Positions 26,767 to 41,472 of a stretch of 64,000 nucleotides of DNA are shown piece by piece. Position numbers and translations under genes: made by a program. Positions within the stretch are counted from its first letter, which is position 1. Every line of letters starts with the position of its first letter. Source of the DNA: Octopus vulgaris (taxonomy: Eukaryota); contig OX597821.1 of the NCBI GenBank assembly GCA_951406725.2, positions 35,650,001 to 35,714,000 on the forward strand, in the 5' to 3' direction. The notes beneath the pieces are model-generated. The model made no database searches. It was not told the origin of the DNA and saw only the letters and a program-made list of their open reading frames with translations.

Positions 26767-28645
26767 ATCTCCTTATATACATGTGTGTGTAGCTGGATAT
26801 ATACGCATATATCTGTCTCTGTTTTATACGGATAAACACGCTAACAGAGATACAGACATATAGACTGACACACACACACGAACACAAATATATGTAGATA
26901 TTCACGTGCGCAATCATGTCTTCACCCCCACACACATACCTCTATTCTGAATTCTCAACGGTGAACTAATTAAGAATATAATTGCAAAGATATTCCTATC
27001 CGACAGAATGATGTAAAAATCAATAAAAGTAATATTGGTGATTGGTGGATCGTACCCATCAAAATTTCTTCCAAATGTAAACCCAAAACTCGGGATATAG
27101 TAATTGGAGTCAGACAATAAAAGTGTGTTCTGCCATAGAGATCAGGTGTCACCCTGGTATGAATATCTTCGGAAATCAAAGAGCAAGAGGATAATTCGGA
27201 TAACTGTTTTGAAATCTTCGGCTTCTATATCCATATCATAAATTCACATTTATATCAATAAAAATGGATGCATTTGTTTTGGTTGGTAAATGCCTAAATA
27301 ATTACCTAGAAAGGGTTTTCAGAAAAAAGAACCAACCAAGTAAATCGCACATTACAATCCATAAGCAAAACAATACGAATCTGCAAGACTTTGCTAAATT
27401 TCAGTATATGTCATTTTTGTGTTTTAGTTATTTGCATTCTGATGAAAGAAATTTGTATCTTTGTTATATACCAGTTCCTTTCTTAGCGGAAGACATTGAG
27501 TAATTAAAAATAGAACACACATACATACACATATGCACGCACACGCACATACATACACATACACACACACACAGCATGAACAAGAATGAAGAAAAGTCAC
27601 ATCTTTGTCTGAGGATTACACCAAACATTACCAACTATCGTTTCTATTGTGTCATATGTAGATATAAACAAAAGTGGTATAAAATGCCAATCAAACCAAT
27701 ATATCAGAAAATTCATCCTATCACAAATATATCAATGTAACCCAATGCACGTTAAATTCAAAGCGAACTGCAATAATGTCTATAATATACAGACGCATTC
27801 AAAAAGAACGTTAAAATGGACTATAATATTCTAACAAAAGCCACTTTTGAATTTAAACTTATGATGGCGTCAGTAAAAAATTCTTCGTCACGACATTTAG
27901 CTATGTAGCTATTTATGTATGCTAAAAAATTTAGAAATATTATGCTAATCAGATTATAGCAAATACAATTGTAATTAAGGTGCTATTCACTACAGAAACA
28001 GTTATGGAAATATTTTTTCTACATTTTTGGATCGTTTCAACGTAAATCTAGTTCTACAATTAGATGATTTTAATTTCGAAGAAATTGTTTAATATAGTTA
28101 CTCTCGGCAAAGATCTCAATTAAAATTACCAGTATTGTACGATGGAGCGTAACTAATAACTAGCTACTTCATATCGTAGTTAGTGTTTCTGTCTTTTAAA
28201 TCCCGAATGCATTTACTAAGAGTCTTAGGATTACGTATCCTCGTAAACTTAAATCAAAACGAACAGTTATGTAATCTCGATTTCAAAATTGTAGCATAAA
28301 AACATGTGTAATAATACGTAGGATTCCTTACAATTACTATACATTGATATATAATTTTCTTCATTTTCTAACACGCACATAAAATTGTTTCTAAAGTCGT
28401 TTGTAGCACTCATGGTTAAAATAATAAGTACTAATTCTGTTTTCGGAATTAGGTGCCAAACCAAGATTATTCTCACTATTTATCACCAATATTATTCCTA
28501 GATAATATTTTAAAGATATAATTTCACTGATAGAATTACCTTCCCCAGTTGTATCAAAAACTACTGGAGAAAAATTAGCATTAAAGTTTATCTTAAAATT
28601 ATGACTTGCTGGACATTGAATTGTTCTACATCAGTTAGAAACTAA

Positions 28646-28880
28646 GTGGAAGTACGTGGCTTATTGATTATGTGTTGAACACATGATCATAAAATTGTTT
28701 TCAATTTCCGGACCGGGCGACGCGTTGTGTTTCTGAGAAAAACATTTCATTTCATGTTGATACAGTCGACTCAGCCAGCAAATATGAGTAACCCTGCGAT
28801 GGAACGGCGTCTCGTCCAAGTGAGGAATTTATACGCCATGGAAACCGGGAAACCGGCCGTCATGAATCGAGAAGGTAACT
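28646..28880 (+). mobile_element. old tRNA-SINE with Meta-domain-like 3' half
   Basis: degenerate GTGGAAGTACGTGGCTTA head; AACCCTGCGATGGAACGGCGTCTCGTCCA..GGAAACCGGGAAACCGGCC; related to the 3' half of 58690-58967. Confidence 0.65.
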
Positions 28881-30353
28881 TTTTTTTACAGTTGAGATAC
28901 AGTAAAATCTTAATATTTTTGATGTGCTGGTGATTGAATTGTAAAATTTTACTTTATGGCGATTATTTAATTTCCCATACTTGACGGTGAGAAATATTTA
29001 TCCAGTGCTGCATATAATTTCCAACGAATAATAGTGTGTGTGTAGTTGTATGCACGTAGGTGTGTATATATATATATATATATATGTATGTATGCATCGC
29101 CTTTCAAAATGATTGGCTCTCCTTAGTACAGTTTCTAGTGAAGTTGCGAGTTGGATGGAGCTGCTCCTCTTTGTGTATATTTGTATGTATGAATGTATGT
29201 ATGTATATGTGTTTAATTGTGTGTATTTGTTTGTAACTGTGTGTACATAACGAAGTTACGTACACACACTGCTTCGTGCATACATACGTATAGACATATA
29301 TGATATATCCACAGCTTTTCCTCATTTCCAGAATTTCACTGTATTATTCAATAAAACCCCAACGCCCTCCCTTTCAGAAAAAAAAAAGAAAAAAGATCCA
29401 CGAGACAAACGTTTCCATTTATCTCGTTATAATATGACTACCAGTATATTATCTAAATTAACATGACAAGATATTAGTCACTTCTAGCCTCTTGATATTA
29501 ATATAAATATAAAAACATGATATCACAATGCTGTTTTATTTTGTCGTGATTAGATTAGGGTTAACAAAACATCATAAGCAACTATTTAAAGAGATATTAT
29601 TTTCTTGTTTTATTACTGCTGGTGTCTAATTCAAATAATACACAATTGCCATTCGCATCACATGTTTTTGATATAGAAATTACATTATCGTAATCAAAAT
29701 AATTCGTTTACCATGCTAAATTACAAAAGATATTGGTCTTGACATTATCGTTAGATAGACATCCGAAAGTAGAGTAATATTTAAAATTGACTATAGTTCA
29801 GTTTAATGATTCCTTTATTAATTGCTTCATATAAAGTTGTGTTGGTGTATATTCGTTTTTGTCTATTCCTTAACGATCATGAAATACTATGTGGCACGAA
29901 GCATATGAAGTACTTTTTTTTATCTGAATTATCAGAAACAGGAGAGAGTATGCGTACATAGACGAACTTAAGCTGATCATTGTATACTAATGTGGTCAAT
30001 TTAGCTATATATTTTCTCTCTTCTCCATACCGTTCCCATCAGACATCATTTTATAGCGTAGCATATTTCAAACTTAATACTAAAATGTCTTTGTCAGCAA
30101 TACGGTGAAGTGCTGATGACAGCAGTCAGGCCTTATAGTTGCAAATAATGATTTTTAAAATGTGAACAAAAAAGCTCGGTAGCTATAACAGTTTTCTTGT
30201 AATTTTCTATGCACTGATATATCAGACAAGCTACGGCGACTTTTATTCAACTAGAATAAAATAAGACAATTGATATAAGGTTTCCTTTTCGATGAAAGAA
30301 CAGCTATGATGATGATGATGATGATGATGAGGAGGAGGAGGAGGAGGATGATG

Positions 30354-30414
<61 letters not shown>

Positions 30415-30443
30415 TGATGATGATAAAATTATAACAATCTAAA

Positions 30444-30530
30444 TAATAACCATAAGAGCATCACAGAAAACCAGAGCACATACCCAAGGCACACAGAGCT
30501 ACCTTGGTATATAAAAATAAAACTACTGAA
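30444..30530 (+). mobile_element. R4/Dong-like family 1, 3' UTR fragment in (TAA)n
   Basis: CACATACCCAAGGCACACAGAGCT..ATAAAAATAAAACTACTGAATAATAAT matches the reverse complement of 20300-20400. Confidence 0.8.
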
Positions 30531-31902
30531 TAATAATAATATTCATAATGCACGGAAGAGTTGCATGCTATAGCTAAACTTAAATGGATATACATATATA
30601 GTGTATACATATAAAGCCAGTCTTCACTTAACGCTGTTCGTAACTCAAGGAATTGAGCAAAGCGAAGTGAAACTTATTTTTACAATGAGTTTAATGTGGC
30701 TGCCGTTATATACTCCTAGCCATAGTTGTAAATGAAAACTAAAAAAAATAAACGGCGTTATAGACACTTCAAAATGGTTAATAGGAATCAATGGTTTGAT
30801 TGTTTAATGAAATACATCTCCAAGATTCGTGGCAGCGCAGATTTTCTACTTTTTTGTATAATGCGTTGGAACTGCATATCAATTTATATAAAATTGTAGA
30901 AAACCTCAAAGTTTTAGTTATTATATTTCAAGATGGTTCTGCATTCTCAACCCTTTATCTGCATCGCTAGATCGGGGATTTTCCACCTCGGGGAGGCCCT
31001 CGTTAAGTGTTTCTTTATTAGATGATTCAAATACAAACGCACCAACTTTATTTCTTTTATTAAATCAAAATTCGTCCAGTACACTAACACTCTTCCAATA
31101 AAGACTATATTTTCTATTCAAAACACGGGTCGGCTACAATTCAACTTGGACATATTTTAGTTCAGACAAGATACAATTGTTCTGTATTTTTCTTTCTCAT
31201 CTTCTGCTGTCAAATTTTCAATAGCACTCAAGATATGGTAACTAAGATAGAATTCCTTTAAAGTACGTTTAGGTTTACCATATCAGAACATCATTTTTTA
31301 AAAGTGCACCGCAAAAAGATGGTTTTGTGTGTAGTAATAATTCATTCCTGCATAATCTGAATTAAATCTCGCTGTGTTTGAATACAGAAAAGCTAACTAA
31401 ATATTAGCTGTAAAATAATAAGATCTGAGGACAAACCTGGGGCATTCTCCACAAGATGCAAGACTTTATATTCAAGTTATTTAGTTTGATATTATTTTTT
31501 GAAGGCTGTGCTGAAATGGAAGGTAATATTTCGAAAAGTGTTCCTAAATTGATTTATTACGGCTCAACTTCGTGAGAGAAGCCATTTTCTGCTTTTCTTA
31601 GTCAGAAACTTAAGCTTGTTTTCCATCATTTTCAAACAGGCCAGCTTTATGTGTATTAATAAGCCCTGGCGTTTACCTTCCTTCGTAAATATTTTTCAGT
31701 GTAGACACCAAAACAACGTGGATTTTTCATCTTTAGTAGCTGTTTGCCCTGGTATCTGTATGTCATGCAATTTGCGACGGTGTTTCTACTTTCAGAATAA
31801 CAACCCTGTTTGCCTTTAGGCCTGAGATTAAACTTCAAGTTTTCATTTGTACCGAAAGTAGCAATAAGATATGCTGATGTATTTCATCTTATATATATAT
31901 AT

Positions 31903-32030
31903 TGATTTCAAAGTTTGGTACAAGGCCAGAAATTTCGGCGATATGCCGATTAGATCGACCCCAAAGTAGGAAATGAAAAGTCGACCTGGACGAAATTTGC
32001 GCTCAAATGTAAAGTCTGCCGAAATACCTA
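31903..32030 (-). mobile_element. SINE family D, deleted copy
   Basis: GATTTCAAAGTTTGGTACAAGGCCAGAAATTT..AGTCGACC..GAAATTTG. Confidence 0.65.
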
Positions 32031-33706
32031 TGTGTGTATGTATATTAAAAAGCATTTCTGTATTTTACATTGAGCTGCATCCATTCCAAGTTTATTTTGT
32101 AGTAGCGAATGCTGTGTCATTCTGTGTACACGGTTTAATCTGTCTTAAATTTACTGAGGAAATTTTGGACAGTTGTTAGTTTTTGACCGAGAAATCTTAC
32201 AATGTCGTTGTTTGATGTCCATTTATCAATCACCGCCGAAAGAGTGTCACATATATAATTTTGCTAGTTTAATAACTTCCCTTACTTGGGATTATCCTTA
32301 TTCTTGGATATCAGAACATCGCCACACGTCCATTGCTTTCGACATTTGTTGATACAGGCAGGATCCTCTCTTCATTGAATTTTCATTTCATTTTTCTTTT
32401 CAATAGAATGTAAATAAATAGATATTAATAGCGATTACTTCTTTTTTGTTTTTCCTTTAAATTTTAGACCACCCTCAGTGTGTCAAATTGCTCACACACA
32501 CACAATCAGACAGACACACTAGCACACATACGCACACGTGTGTTTTTGTTCGTGTGAACGTGTGTATTCGTGTGTGTGTGAACATGCGAGTGTTTATGTG
32601 AATGTATACATGCGTAACTGTATGTGCTATTCCTGGTACACTGAAATATATTCGACGCATTCCACTTAATGTTTTTACAATGTTATTTTATCATAAACGG
32701 AGCGTGTAGTCTGGAAATCTAGAATATCATTTTGATTCCTTTGCAGTAATTACTTATCTTCAATTTTCAATATCAATCTGAGTTGAGATTGTCGATTTCT
32801 ATTTGACCTTTATATATATTCTGGGTGAATTGGCGATAAAGTAAGTAGAAACTAAATACTACAGTGAATTGAATCGATTACATATTTCTCTCTTTCGATA
32901 TTGTCTTGTCTTATTCAAACCACATCAATAGTTTTCTTCAATATATTGCTGCAAAATCTCAATTCCAAAGAAAGGATTGCATTTTGTTTATTTTGTAGTT
33001 GTTGTGATCGTTTAGACTCGTATAGCATTCCTGGCCAAACAGACTTATGATCATGGCGGTCGAATCTTTTTAATTATATTTTACCTTTGTCTCTTTTAAG
33101 AGAGAATGACGTATAAACATAGATACATACAGATATACATACCCCTACTCCACACATATCTTTATAGAGATTTTCACACTCATTCATATCAAACATGCAC
33201 ACACACACGCACACACGCCCCACCCATATACATACGTGCATCTGTTTGTGTGTGCGCGTGTGTGTATTTGTGTGGATGCGCCTATGTGTGTATGTGTGTG
33301 TTTGTGATTGTGTGTACGTGTAGTTATGATTGCTTTGCTTCCTGAGAAGGTTTGCTGACAATAATATTTACATTATAAGAGTAATTTAGACCGTTTTGTT
33401 GGATTCAGTATTCGTTTATTTGTATAGTATACTCTGTAATAAGGTGTCAATAAGCGCTGCAAGTTGACCATTGACACTTCGTACTAGACTGTACTAGTAA
33501 GAAACAAATGATAAATGAACAAGGTGTGTTCTTAGAAAATAGAAGCATTGGGAATGAAAGAAAACTACGAAGAAATAAATTCAAAAGTGTAAGGGAGTAG
33601 CGCAGTATTATATTAACTTTCCGCTACCTTTTCCAAGGTTGACGACAACGAAATAAAAATAATAGTAAAACAGGTTCGGAGAATATAATAGAAACGGGTT
33701 GACATA

Positions 33707-34145
33707 GGCGTAGGAGTGTCTGTGTGGTAAGTAGCTTGCTTACGAACCACATGGTTCCGGGTTCAGTCCCACTGCGTGGCACCTTGGGCAAGTGCCTTCT
33801 ACTATAGCTTCGGGCCGACCAGAGCCTTGTGAGTGGATTTAGTAGACGGAAACTGAAAGAATCCCGTCGTATATATGTATATATATATGTATATATATAT
33901 ATATATATGTCTGTGTGTGTGTGTGTTTGTGTGTCTGTTTGTCCCCCACCCCAACATAGCTTGACAACCGATGCTGATGTGTTTACGTCCCCGTAACCTA
34001 GCGGTGCGGCAAAAGAGGCCGATAAAATAAGTACTAGGCTTACAAAGAATAAGTCATGGGGTCGATTTGCTCGACTAAAGGCGATGTTCCAGCATGGCCA
34101 CAGTCAAATGACTGAAACAAGTAAAAGAGTAAAAGTGTAAAAGAG
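33707..34145 (+). mobile_element. SINE family A, full length
   Basis: GGCGTAGGAGTG head to (TAAAAGAG)n tail; aTA/TAt flanks. Confidence 0.95.
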
Positions 34146-34438
34146 TATAGTGTCACGTGTCATCAATGCTAAGACAATGAATGAGCTGGATAGAGAAGAC
34201 TCTTCACTTTGTGTGAGCCTTAGCTAACCACAGATTGCCATTTACGAGCACATTTTCTTTCGGGTAGCAATGCCCGACCCAGAATCTTCAAATTATCCTG
34301 TTTAAGTAGAGCACTTAATTGTTTCCTCGAGAAAGACATCAATTTTTCTTAACACTACTATACCTTCATAAATTGTTAACGTTAAAATTCTCGAGGTTAT
34401 ATATTGCCCCTACTGGTTGATGGCTGTATAGACCTGCC

Positions 34439-34498
<60 letters not shown>

Positions 34499-34642
34499 AA
34501 GAAGAAGAAGAAGAAGAAGAAGAAGAAGAAGAAGAAGAAGAAGAAGAAGAAGAAGAAGAAGAAGACAACGACAGAAATTTATACTCAAAATGTAAATACG
34601 GATGAAATGCCGCTGAGCTTTTTACTCTGCCTGCTCCCCGCC

Positions 34643-34740
<98 letters not shown>

Positions 34741-34775
34741 AAGAAGAAGAAGAAGAAGAAGAAGAAGAAGAAGAA
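34439..34775. repeat. two (AAT)n(AAG)n blocks around a SINE family D head (34568-34644, minus)
   Basis: direct reading; GAAATGCCGCTGAGC..CTGCTCCCCGCCTT. Confidence 0.85.
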
Positions 34776-35825
34776 GGAGTTGTGTTTCATGTGGGTTTTG
34801 CGAACTTTAGTCTAAACCAGGATTATTTTCTCAATATGAAGATAGATGCAAATGTCTATTCTTTTCTTCATCATCATAAGTAAATTAAAATTTAGTTGAT
34901 CCCTCGTTTTGCTTATTTTTAAAATAAGCATTTTGCTTCCTCACGGTGCTTTGCTATCTTACTATTGAAGTTAGAAAATTGTACATTTGCATTATGTTGC
35001 TTTCCTAATCTCTCTTTCTCTCTCGTTCCTAGTCTCTCTCTCTCACACACACATACACACACACAAGCGCGCGCGCTGACACACGCATGCACTAACTGCT
35101 TATCGCTCTCTTCGTAGGAATCTTTGTAAACTAGTATCGTTGATAAATATGTAGATAGAAAGAGAAAGGTGGACGAATATGGTGACCTGAAAATTGAGAA
35201 CGCCAAGATGTCAGTTGCTATAGTCAAACATTAAGTTTGTTCTTGTTGTCATTAGAACATTAGGTTCAATACTAACCAACCTAAAGAAACATATAGACAC
35301 TTTAGAAATACCCTAAAATCTTGTTATATTGCTAAAATCGCCTGTACTGCTCAAAGTATTGCCTGTCAGAGTTCCTTGTGACTTCACAAATAGCACGGAT
35401 GTCTGGCAGACACAATATCCTTGTTACATACGATAAAAAAAAAGGTATCCCTGTTCATAATTAATTTGCCTTTGATATTAATAATAAATACTATTAATAA
35501 TCAGAATTATTTAGTAGAGAAATTCAATATTATGAAAGAAACGAGTATACTGTTTTAATACGCTTATATACTGTTTTATACCAGCTTATATAAAGAACAT
35601 GGCGGACTGAAAAAGATCAGAAAATTGTTTCTTATACAAAATTTATGCACCTTAGAAATATAATCCTATCCAGCTGTAGATTATATCCGTTCAACTCCGT
35701 CACTTTCAGAAATGAGGCTCTTTCTGGCTACTTTATATTATTGCAAACTTCCCTAATGATAAACTTCCGCAGCTTATGGTATATATAGTGTATATGTGTT
35801 TGGTTGCGTGCATATATATATACTT

Positions 35826-35912
35826 TTTCTATTCCTGAGCGTTATACAAATACATCTGTTTGTTTTGTACACCACCTGTCTTCGTATTTTCTTTTTTTCG
35901 TAAACTTTCCCT
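35826..35912 (+). mobile_element. fragment of the Penelope-like repeat seen at 41252-41420
   Basis: TTCCTGAGCGTTATA..ATACATCTGTTTGTTTTGTACAC is shared; embedded in (TA)n. Confidence 0.7.
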
Positions 35913-35925
35913 ATATATATATATA

Positions 35926-36082
<157 letters not shown>

Positions 36083-36113
36083 ACACATATATATGTATAT
36101 ATGTGTATGTATT

Positions 36114-36174
<61 letters not shown>

Positions 36175-36583
36175 TTTTAAGTATGTGTGTGATATGTATG
36201 TGCATGATTTGATATATGTATATAAATGCATAAAAGTAGGGTTATCGTATTTAAAAGAAACAGATGTTGGATCTTCTAAGAATTCCTCGATTGTCAGCCG
36301 ATGCAAAGCCGTATAACAATAACGTTAACCTTTATTCCTTCCTTACATTCTCCCTGCCACACTTCTGCTTAATATATATATTGATTTACGTGTTTATTTA
36401 ATGCCGGTTAATAATGATTAGGACTGTAATGAAGACCTGTTTGGGGCTACAGCTTTATGTTTGTTACTCAGATCTTGTGTCTTTCTTGGTGTATACTGAT
36501 AAATATATGTATGCGTGAATGTATGTATTCAAATATGTATTTGTCTGAAATTTCCTACGTGAATAAGCGTATATACCGGTATG

Positions 36584-36973
36584 TGGAGGCGCAATGGCCC
36601 AGTGGTTAGGGCAGCGGACTCACGGTCATAGGATCGCGGTTTCGATTCCCAGACCGGGCGTTGTGAGTGTTTATTGAGCGAAAACACCTAAAGCTCCACG
36701 AGGCTCCAGCAGGGGATGGTGGTGATCCCTGCTGTACTCTTTCACCACAACTTTCTCTCACTCTTACTTCCTGTTTCGGTTGTACCTGTATTTCAAAGGG
36801 CCGGCCTTGTCACTCTCTGTGTCACGCTGAATATCCCCGAGAACTACGTTAAGGGTACACGTGTCTGTGGAGTGCCACTTACACGTTAATTTCACGAGCA
36901 GGCTGTTCCGTTGATTCGGATCAACCGGAACCCTCGTCGTCGTAACCGACGGAGTGCTTCCATCCATCCATCC
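36584..36973 (+). mobile_element. tRNA-derived SINE family B, full length
   Basis: A box TGGCCCAGTGGTTAG, B box GGTTTCGATTCC, (CCAT)n tail, TSD ATAC(C/T)GGTATG 36573-36583/36974-36984. Confidence 0.95.
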
Positions 36974-37125
36974 ATACTGGTATGTATGCATGTTGGTAGG
37001 TAGGTAGGTAGATAGGTAGGTAGGTATGTCTCTCTCTCTCTCTCCTTCTATCTATATCTGCCCATCTAAATACTTACACACACACACACAAACACGCACA
37101 CACACACATATATATACATATATAA

Positions 37126-37448
37126 AATACAAAATGGGACAAGAACGCAAAAAATCCAGATGGACGATACAAAGAAAACAAGGTCGGGTCATTCGAAGTT
37201 TTCTATCCTCAGTCAAGCACCAGATTGTCCTCGCAATTTCGGCTGATTATTCTTGAGATTGCTCCAGTCTGGCCAGCCCCAAGGAAAAACTAATCTAAAA
37301 GCATTAGATTCCTTGGAAGACAGCAACGAATGTATACAAAAACAAGGACAGAAAAATTGGAGAAAGTTACACAAATATAAATACAATAATAAATACAATA
37401 AAATAATAACAGGACATAACAACAGGTGTCTTTCGACTAAGGACGATA
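37126..37448. mobile_element. probable dispersed repeat (Penelope-like?) within a microsatellite tract
   Basis: non-simple block bounded by (TA)/(CA) tracts with degenerate CTGAGGA/CGAAAG motifs on minus; family assignment is inference. Confidence 0.4.
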
Positions 37449-37536
37449 CACACAAACACACACACACACAAACACACATACACACAAACACACACACACA
37501 CACACATATATATATTTATATATATATGCACATATC

Positions 37537-38798
37537 CAGAGTGCTAGGGGTATTTGAGAACAGTTTTGGTATACAATAAAACAACTATACTCCAGCATAA
37601 ATATATATTTATTTGAATAAACATTTGTGCAATTTGCCTTGATAATGGTTTTGAAAGCAAATTATTCTATGAAACCACCTTCGGCTTCGATGACTGATTC
37701 AATGGGGGACCGAAACTGCTGGCATGCTGACACTACGGTTCTTATTCATTTCGGACATCACCTGGACAATAGGTGCCTTCAGCGAAGCTACGGTATTATG
37801 AGGATGATGATTAGTCTCCCTTTCAACAGTGCTCCACACGTAGTCCATACGGTTCAAATCCGACGAGTTTGGAGACTACATACTGGGTGCTACATAATCG
37901 TAAAATTTGTCTGATAACCCTTCTTGGGTGACTATGGCCTTGTGAGAAGGTGCTGAGTTTTGTTGAAGCACGTATGATCTTCCATGGCATACTTCATCAA
38001 GCCAGGGCCTGATAAGAGTTTCCAGTACCTCAATGTATCCAGCAGCATTAATTATAAGACCCTGTGGTGTGGAAAAAAGTGGGGAGGAATCAGATGACCT
38101 TCGCTATTCACCACTCCTAAAACCATCACAGTTGCTGGAAATTTCGTGTGCAGCACTCTGGCTTTTTCAGAAGGATCTGCACATAACCACCTGTCATTTC
38201 TTGTTACACTTTTGATCCTAGTCATTTTTTTTTTTTGATCGGACAAAAGCCAAAGCATGTCTTGTTCGTACGGATTTTTCACTTCGTTAAATAACCGTTT
38301 GGAACGGATGAGACGGTTTTCCTGTATCTTTGGCATTCCCTTACTATGTAGGACTTGTATCGAATGTGACGATGTACTACATTTCTGATAGTCCACTCTG
38401 ACATACGAATTTTTTTACAAATTTTTTTAGCAGTTGACCTCATTGTGCTTCTGGAGTTTTCATCTATAATGTTTTGAACTTGATATATATATTCCTGTGT
38501 CCTTTTAGTGTCCGAGAATTGTGAATGATTTTCTCTTTCATTTAGGTGAAACATTTCCAACACATGCCTCCAATTCCAAGTAAGCTTTCTGTAGAAATGA
38601 TCTTACAATATTTCGAAAGTTGCTAATCTCTAAACTTCTGTGGTTTGCATGTATAGCAACTATGACTGCACATTTTTTCATTTCTTGAGTTAATATGATA
38701 TTTTTAATGGATTTTATGGAAAAAAAAATTATACACTAAATAATTTGAAGGTATAATGAACTAGAAACGAAATGTCCTCAGATGTCCCTCACACTCCG
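37537..38798 (-). mobile_element. near full-length decayed DD37D/maT-like Tc1/mariner transposon (1262 bp)
   Basis: degenerate ~28-bp TIRs (CAGAGTGCTAGGGGTATTTGAGAACA / CGGAGTGTGAGGGACATCTGAGGACA); frameshifted transposase ..LSDQK..NDRWL..TKFPATVMVLGVV..QQNSAPSH..SPNSSDLNRMDYVW..EAEGGFIE*. Confidence 0.9.
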
Positions 38799-38814
38799 TA
38801 TATTCATAAAAAGA

Positions 38815-38974
38815 GGCAGGTGTGGGTATGTGGTAAGAAGCTTGCTTCCCAGCCACATAGCTCCGGGTTTAGTACGACTGCGTGGTACCTTGAGCAAGTA
38901 TCTGCTACTATAGCCCCGAGCCGACCAAAGCCTTGTGAGTGTATATGGCTGACGGAAACTTACAGAAGCCCGTC

Positions 38975-39008
<34 letters not shown>

Positions 39009-39245
39009 GTGTGTGTGTCTCTGTGTGTGTTTATAAGTTTGTGTTTGTGTTTGTTCCCCCCGCCATAGCTTGGCAACCGATGCTAGTGAATTCATGTTCT
39101 CGTAACTTAACGGGTCGGCAATAGAGACCAATAGAATAAGTACTAGGCTAAAAATGAATGTTTTTAATTCGATTTCTTCATTAAAACCCTTTAATGTGGT
39201 GCTCCAGTATGGCAGCAGTTAAACGCCTGAAAAGCTGTAAAAATG
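38815..39245 (+). mobile_element. SINE family A, diverged
   Basis: family motifs in order. Confidence 0.85.
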
Positions 39246-39249
39246 AATT

Positions 39250-39389
<140 letters not shown>

Positions 39390-40061
39390 ACAGTGTAAAT
39401 TGAGGGATTGCTCAGCGCTTAAAACATCGAGCAATGAACATAAGTACCGATCGTGATACCCACTACGAAGAAATGATCAAGCTCAGTAACAATTTATTGA
39501 GCAACAACTACCACAAAAGCATACACACACACATACATACATATATATGTACATATGTGTTTGTGTGCGTGTGTGTATGTGTGTGTATACAAACGTGTAG
39601 AAATATGATAAAATGCCTAATGTGCTTTGTATAAGTGCATTTCTGGTTGTATCTTAACAGCAAGATATACACACCCATACATACATACAACTATGTTTGT
39701 ATGTATGTGTGTATGTATGTATTCGCAGGTGTGTGGTTGCATTTTTGCGTGGTGCCTTTGTGTTGTAGCTGCTTTGGTGTCAATGGATTTAATATTCAGA
39801 TCAGTTACCAGAATATTCTGGCAATCGGAAGACTAAAGGAAGGGTTTCCATTTACTTGACATGTCTATAACTCCAGAGTTCACCTGACATACCAACAATG
39901 TGAGTGATAAACATATGCTATCACAATATGCTGCTTAATAATGCGCTAGCATTTTTTTTTCTTTACAAAAATTTCCATTGCCCTTAGACATTTACTCGCT
40001 TTTGTATAAATATAAAACATTCAATCTAATGTTCATGTGCTACGATACATCTGAATCTCTT

Positions 40062-40138
<77 letters not shown>

Positions 40139-40172
40139 CTATATATCTATCTCTCAATCCGTAAGCATATCA

Positions 40173-40228
<56 letters not shown>

Positions 40229-40763
40229 TTATATACGTACACACACATACAAACAGACACACACACACATTTATATAGATATATATATATACGTATGTAT
40301 GTATGTATGTATGTATGTATGCAGGAAAAAATTATTTGTATTTTAAAAATTGTTGAACAGTTTCTTTTGAAAACATTACAATACAAACAAATTGATTATA
40401 AGTTGTAAATCTCAAAAAGAATTTAAAAGAATCTAAAAAGATAGTACAGTATGTTTCGGCACTATCCCATAATTAATTAGAAATTGTAAGCATATTTTTA
40501 AATGCTATGAAAACAGTTATACATTCAGGGTTTTTATGAGCTTGTAGGATTTAGGCTATCATTTTTGAAGGACGCATAGAGAGTTTATAGTGCGTTAAAA
40601 AAGGGAAAGAATTAAAATGCTATATATAGTAAGTGCATCTAGGTGGCGAGTTATAAATATTCATGGATTATAAAATAAAATGAAATAAAGTAAAAACGAA
40701 ATAAAAGATGAAATAAATAATAAAATAAAAATGAATAGATAGATAAATGGAAATTAAGTAATA

Positions 40764-40801
<38 letters not shown>

Positions 40802-41251
40802 GCAAATAAATTTTTCATAAATCCAATTCTTTCCATTTCCTTTCCTTCAAGATCAATAATACAATTACAATAATCCCTAATATATACAAGTGACTTTCGC
40901 ATTATATGATATTGGTGAATTAGTAGAATATCTTGGATTGCATAATCCTTAAGGATGTTATAACTCCCTCGAACTGACTATATATATAAATCAAAGGTAG
41001 AACGAAAAGAACATGATATGTGGAATGGAGCAACACATAACATGCAGAAAACGGGCGATAACACAGACGATAACATAGGAAACGGCAAACAGGAGAGAAA
41101 CAAGACACACATATTATTCATAGAAGATTTCCTCATTAGTTTGTTTCTAGAAAGTCATAGTTGCTTCTCCCAGAGGCAGTTTTTGCCCCAAAATTTGATT
41201 TATCGATGTCGCGCACCGTACAACCTGTTGTTTAATTTTATATATATATAT

Positions 41252-41418
41252 GGGGAGACGAAGACAGCTAGTGTACAAAACAAACAGATGTATTACTATA
41301 ACGCTCAGGAACAGAAAAAGTCTTTTACCTTTCGAGCCTACGCTCTTCTACAGAAAGGGACACAGAAAACAAGGAGAGAAAAAAATGTGTGTAGTGGCTA
41401 ACGATCTATCATGGCGTC

Positions 41419-41420
<2 letters not shown>
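41252..41420 (-). mobile_element. Penelope-like short repeat with hammerhead-like motif (CTGTAGA core)
   Basis: (TA)n flanks; cttt-CTGTAGA-a-gagc(gtag)gctc-GAAA-gg-TA-aaag at 41357-41322. Confidence 0.65.

Positions 41421-41472
<52 letters not shown>

Noticed and set aside
31678-31822. Open minus-strand segment with cag/gtaaac boundaries
   Set aside because: Weak splice sites and no recognisable protein
36584-36660. tRNA-like sequences (also 49451, 58890-58967, 60930-61002)
   Set aside because: SINE heads with TSDs or tails; no complete cloverleaf
37185-37265. CTGAGGA...CGAA and CTCAAGA...CGAAA motifs on the minus strand
   Set aside because: Could not build consistent stems I-III or a UH site
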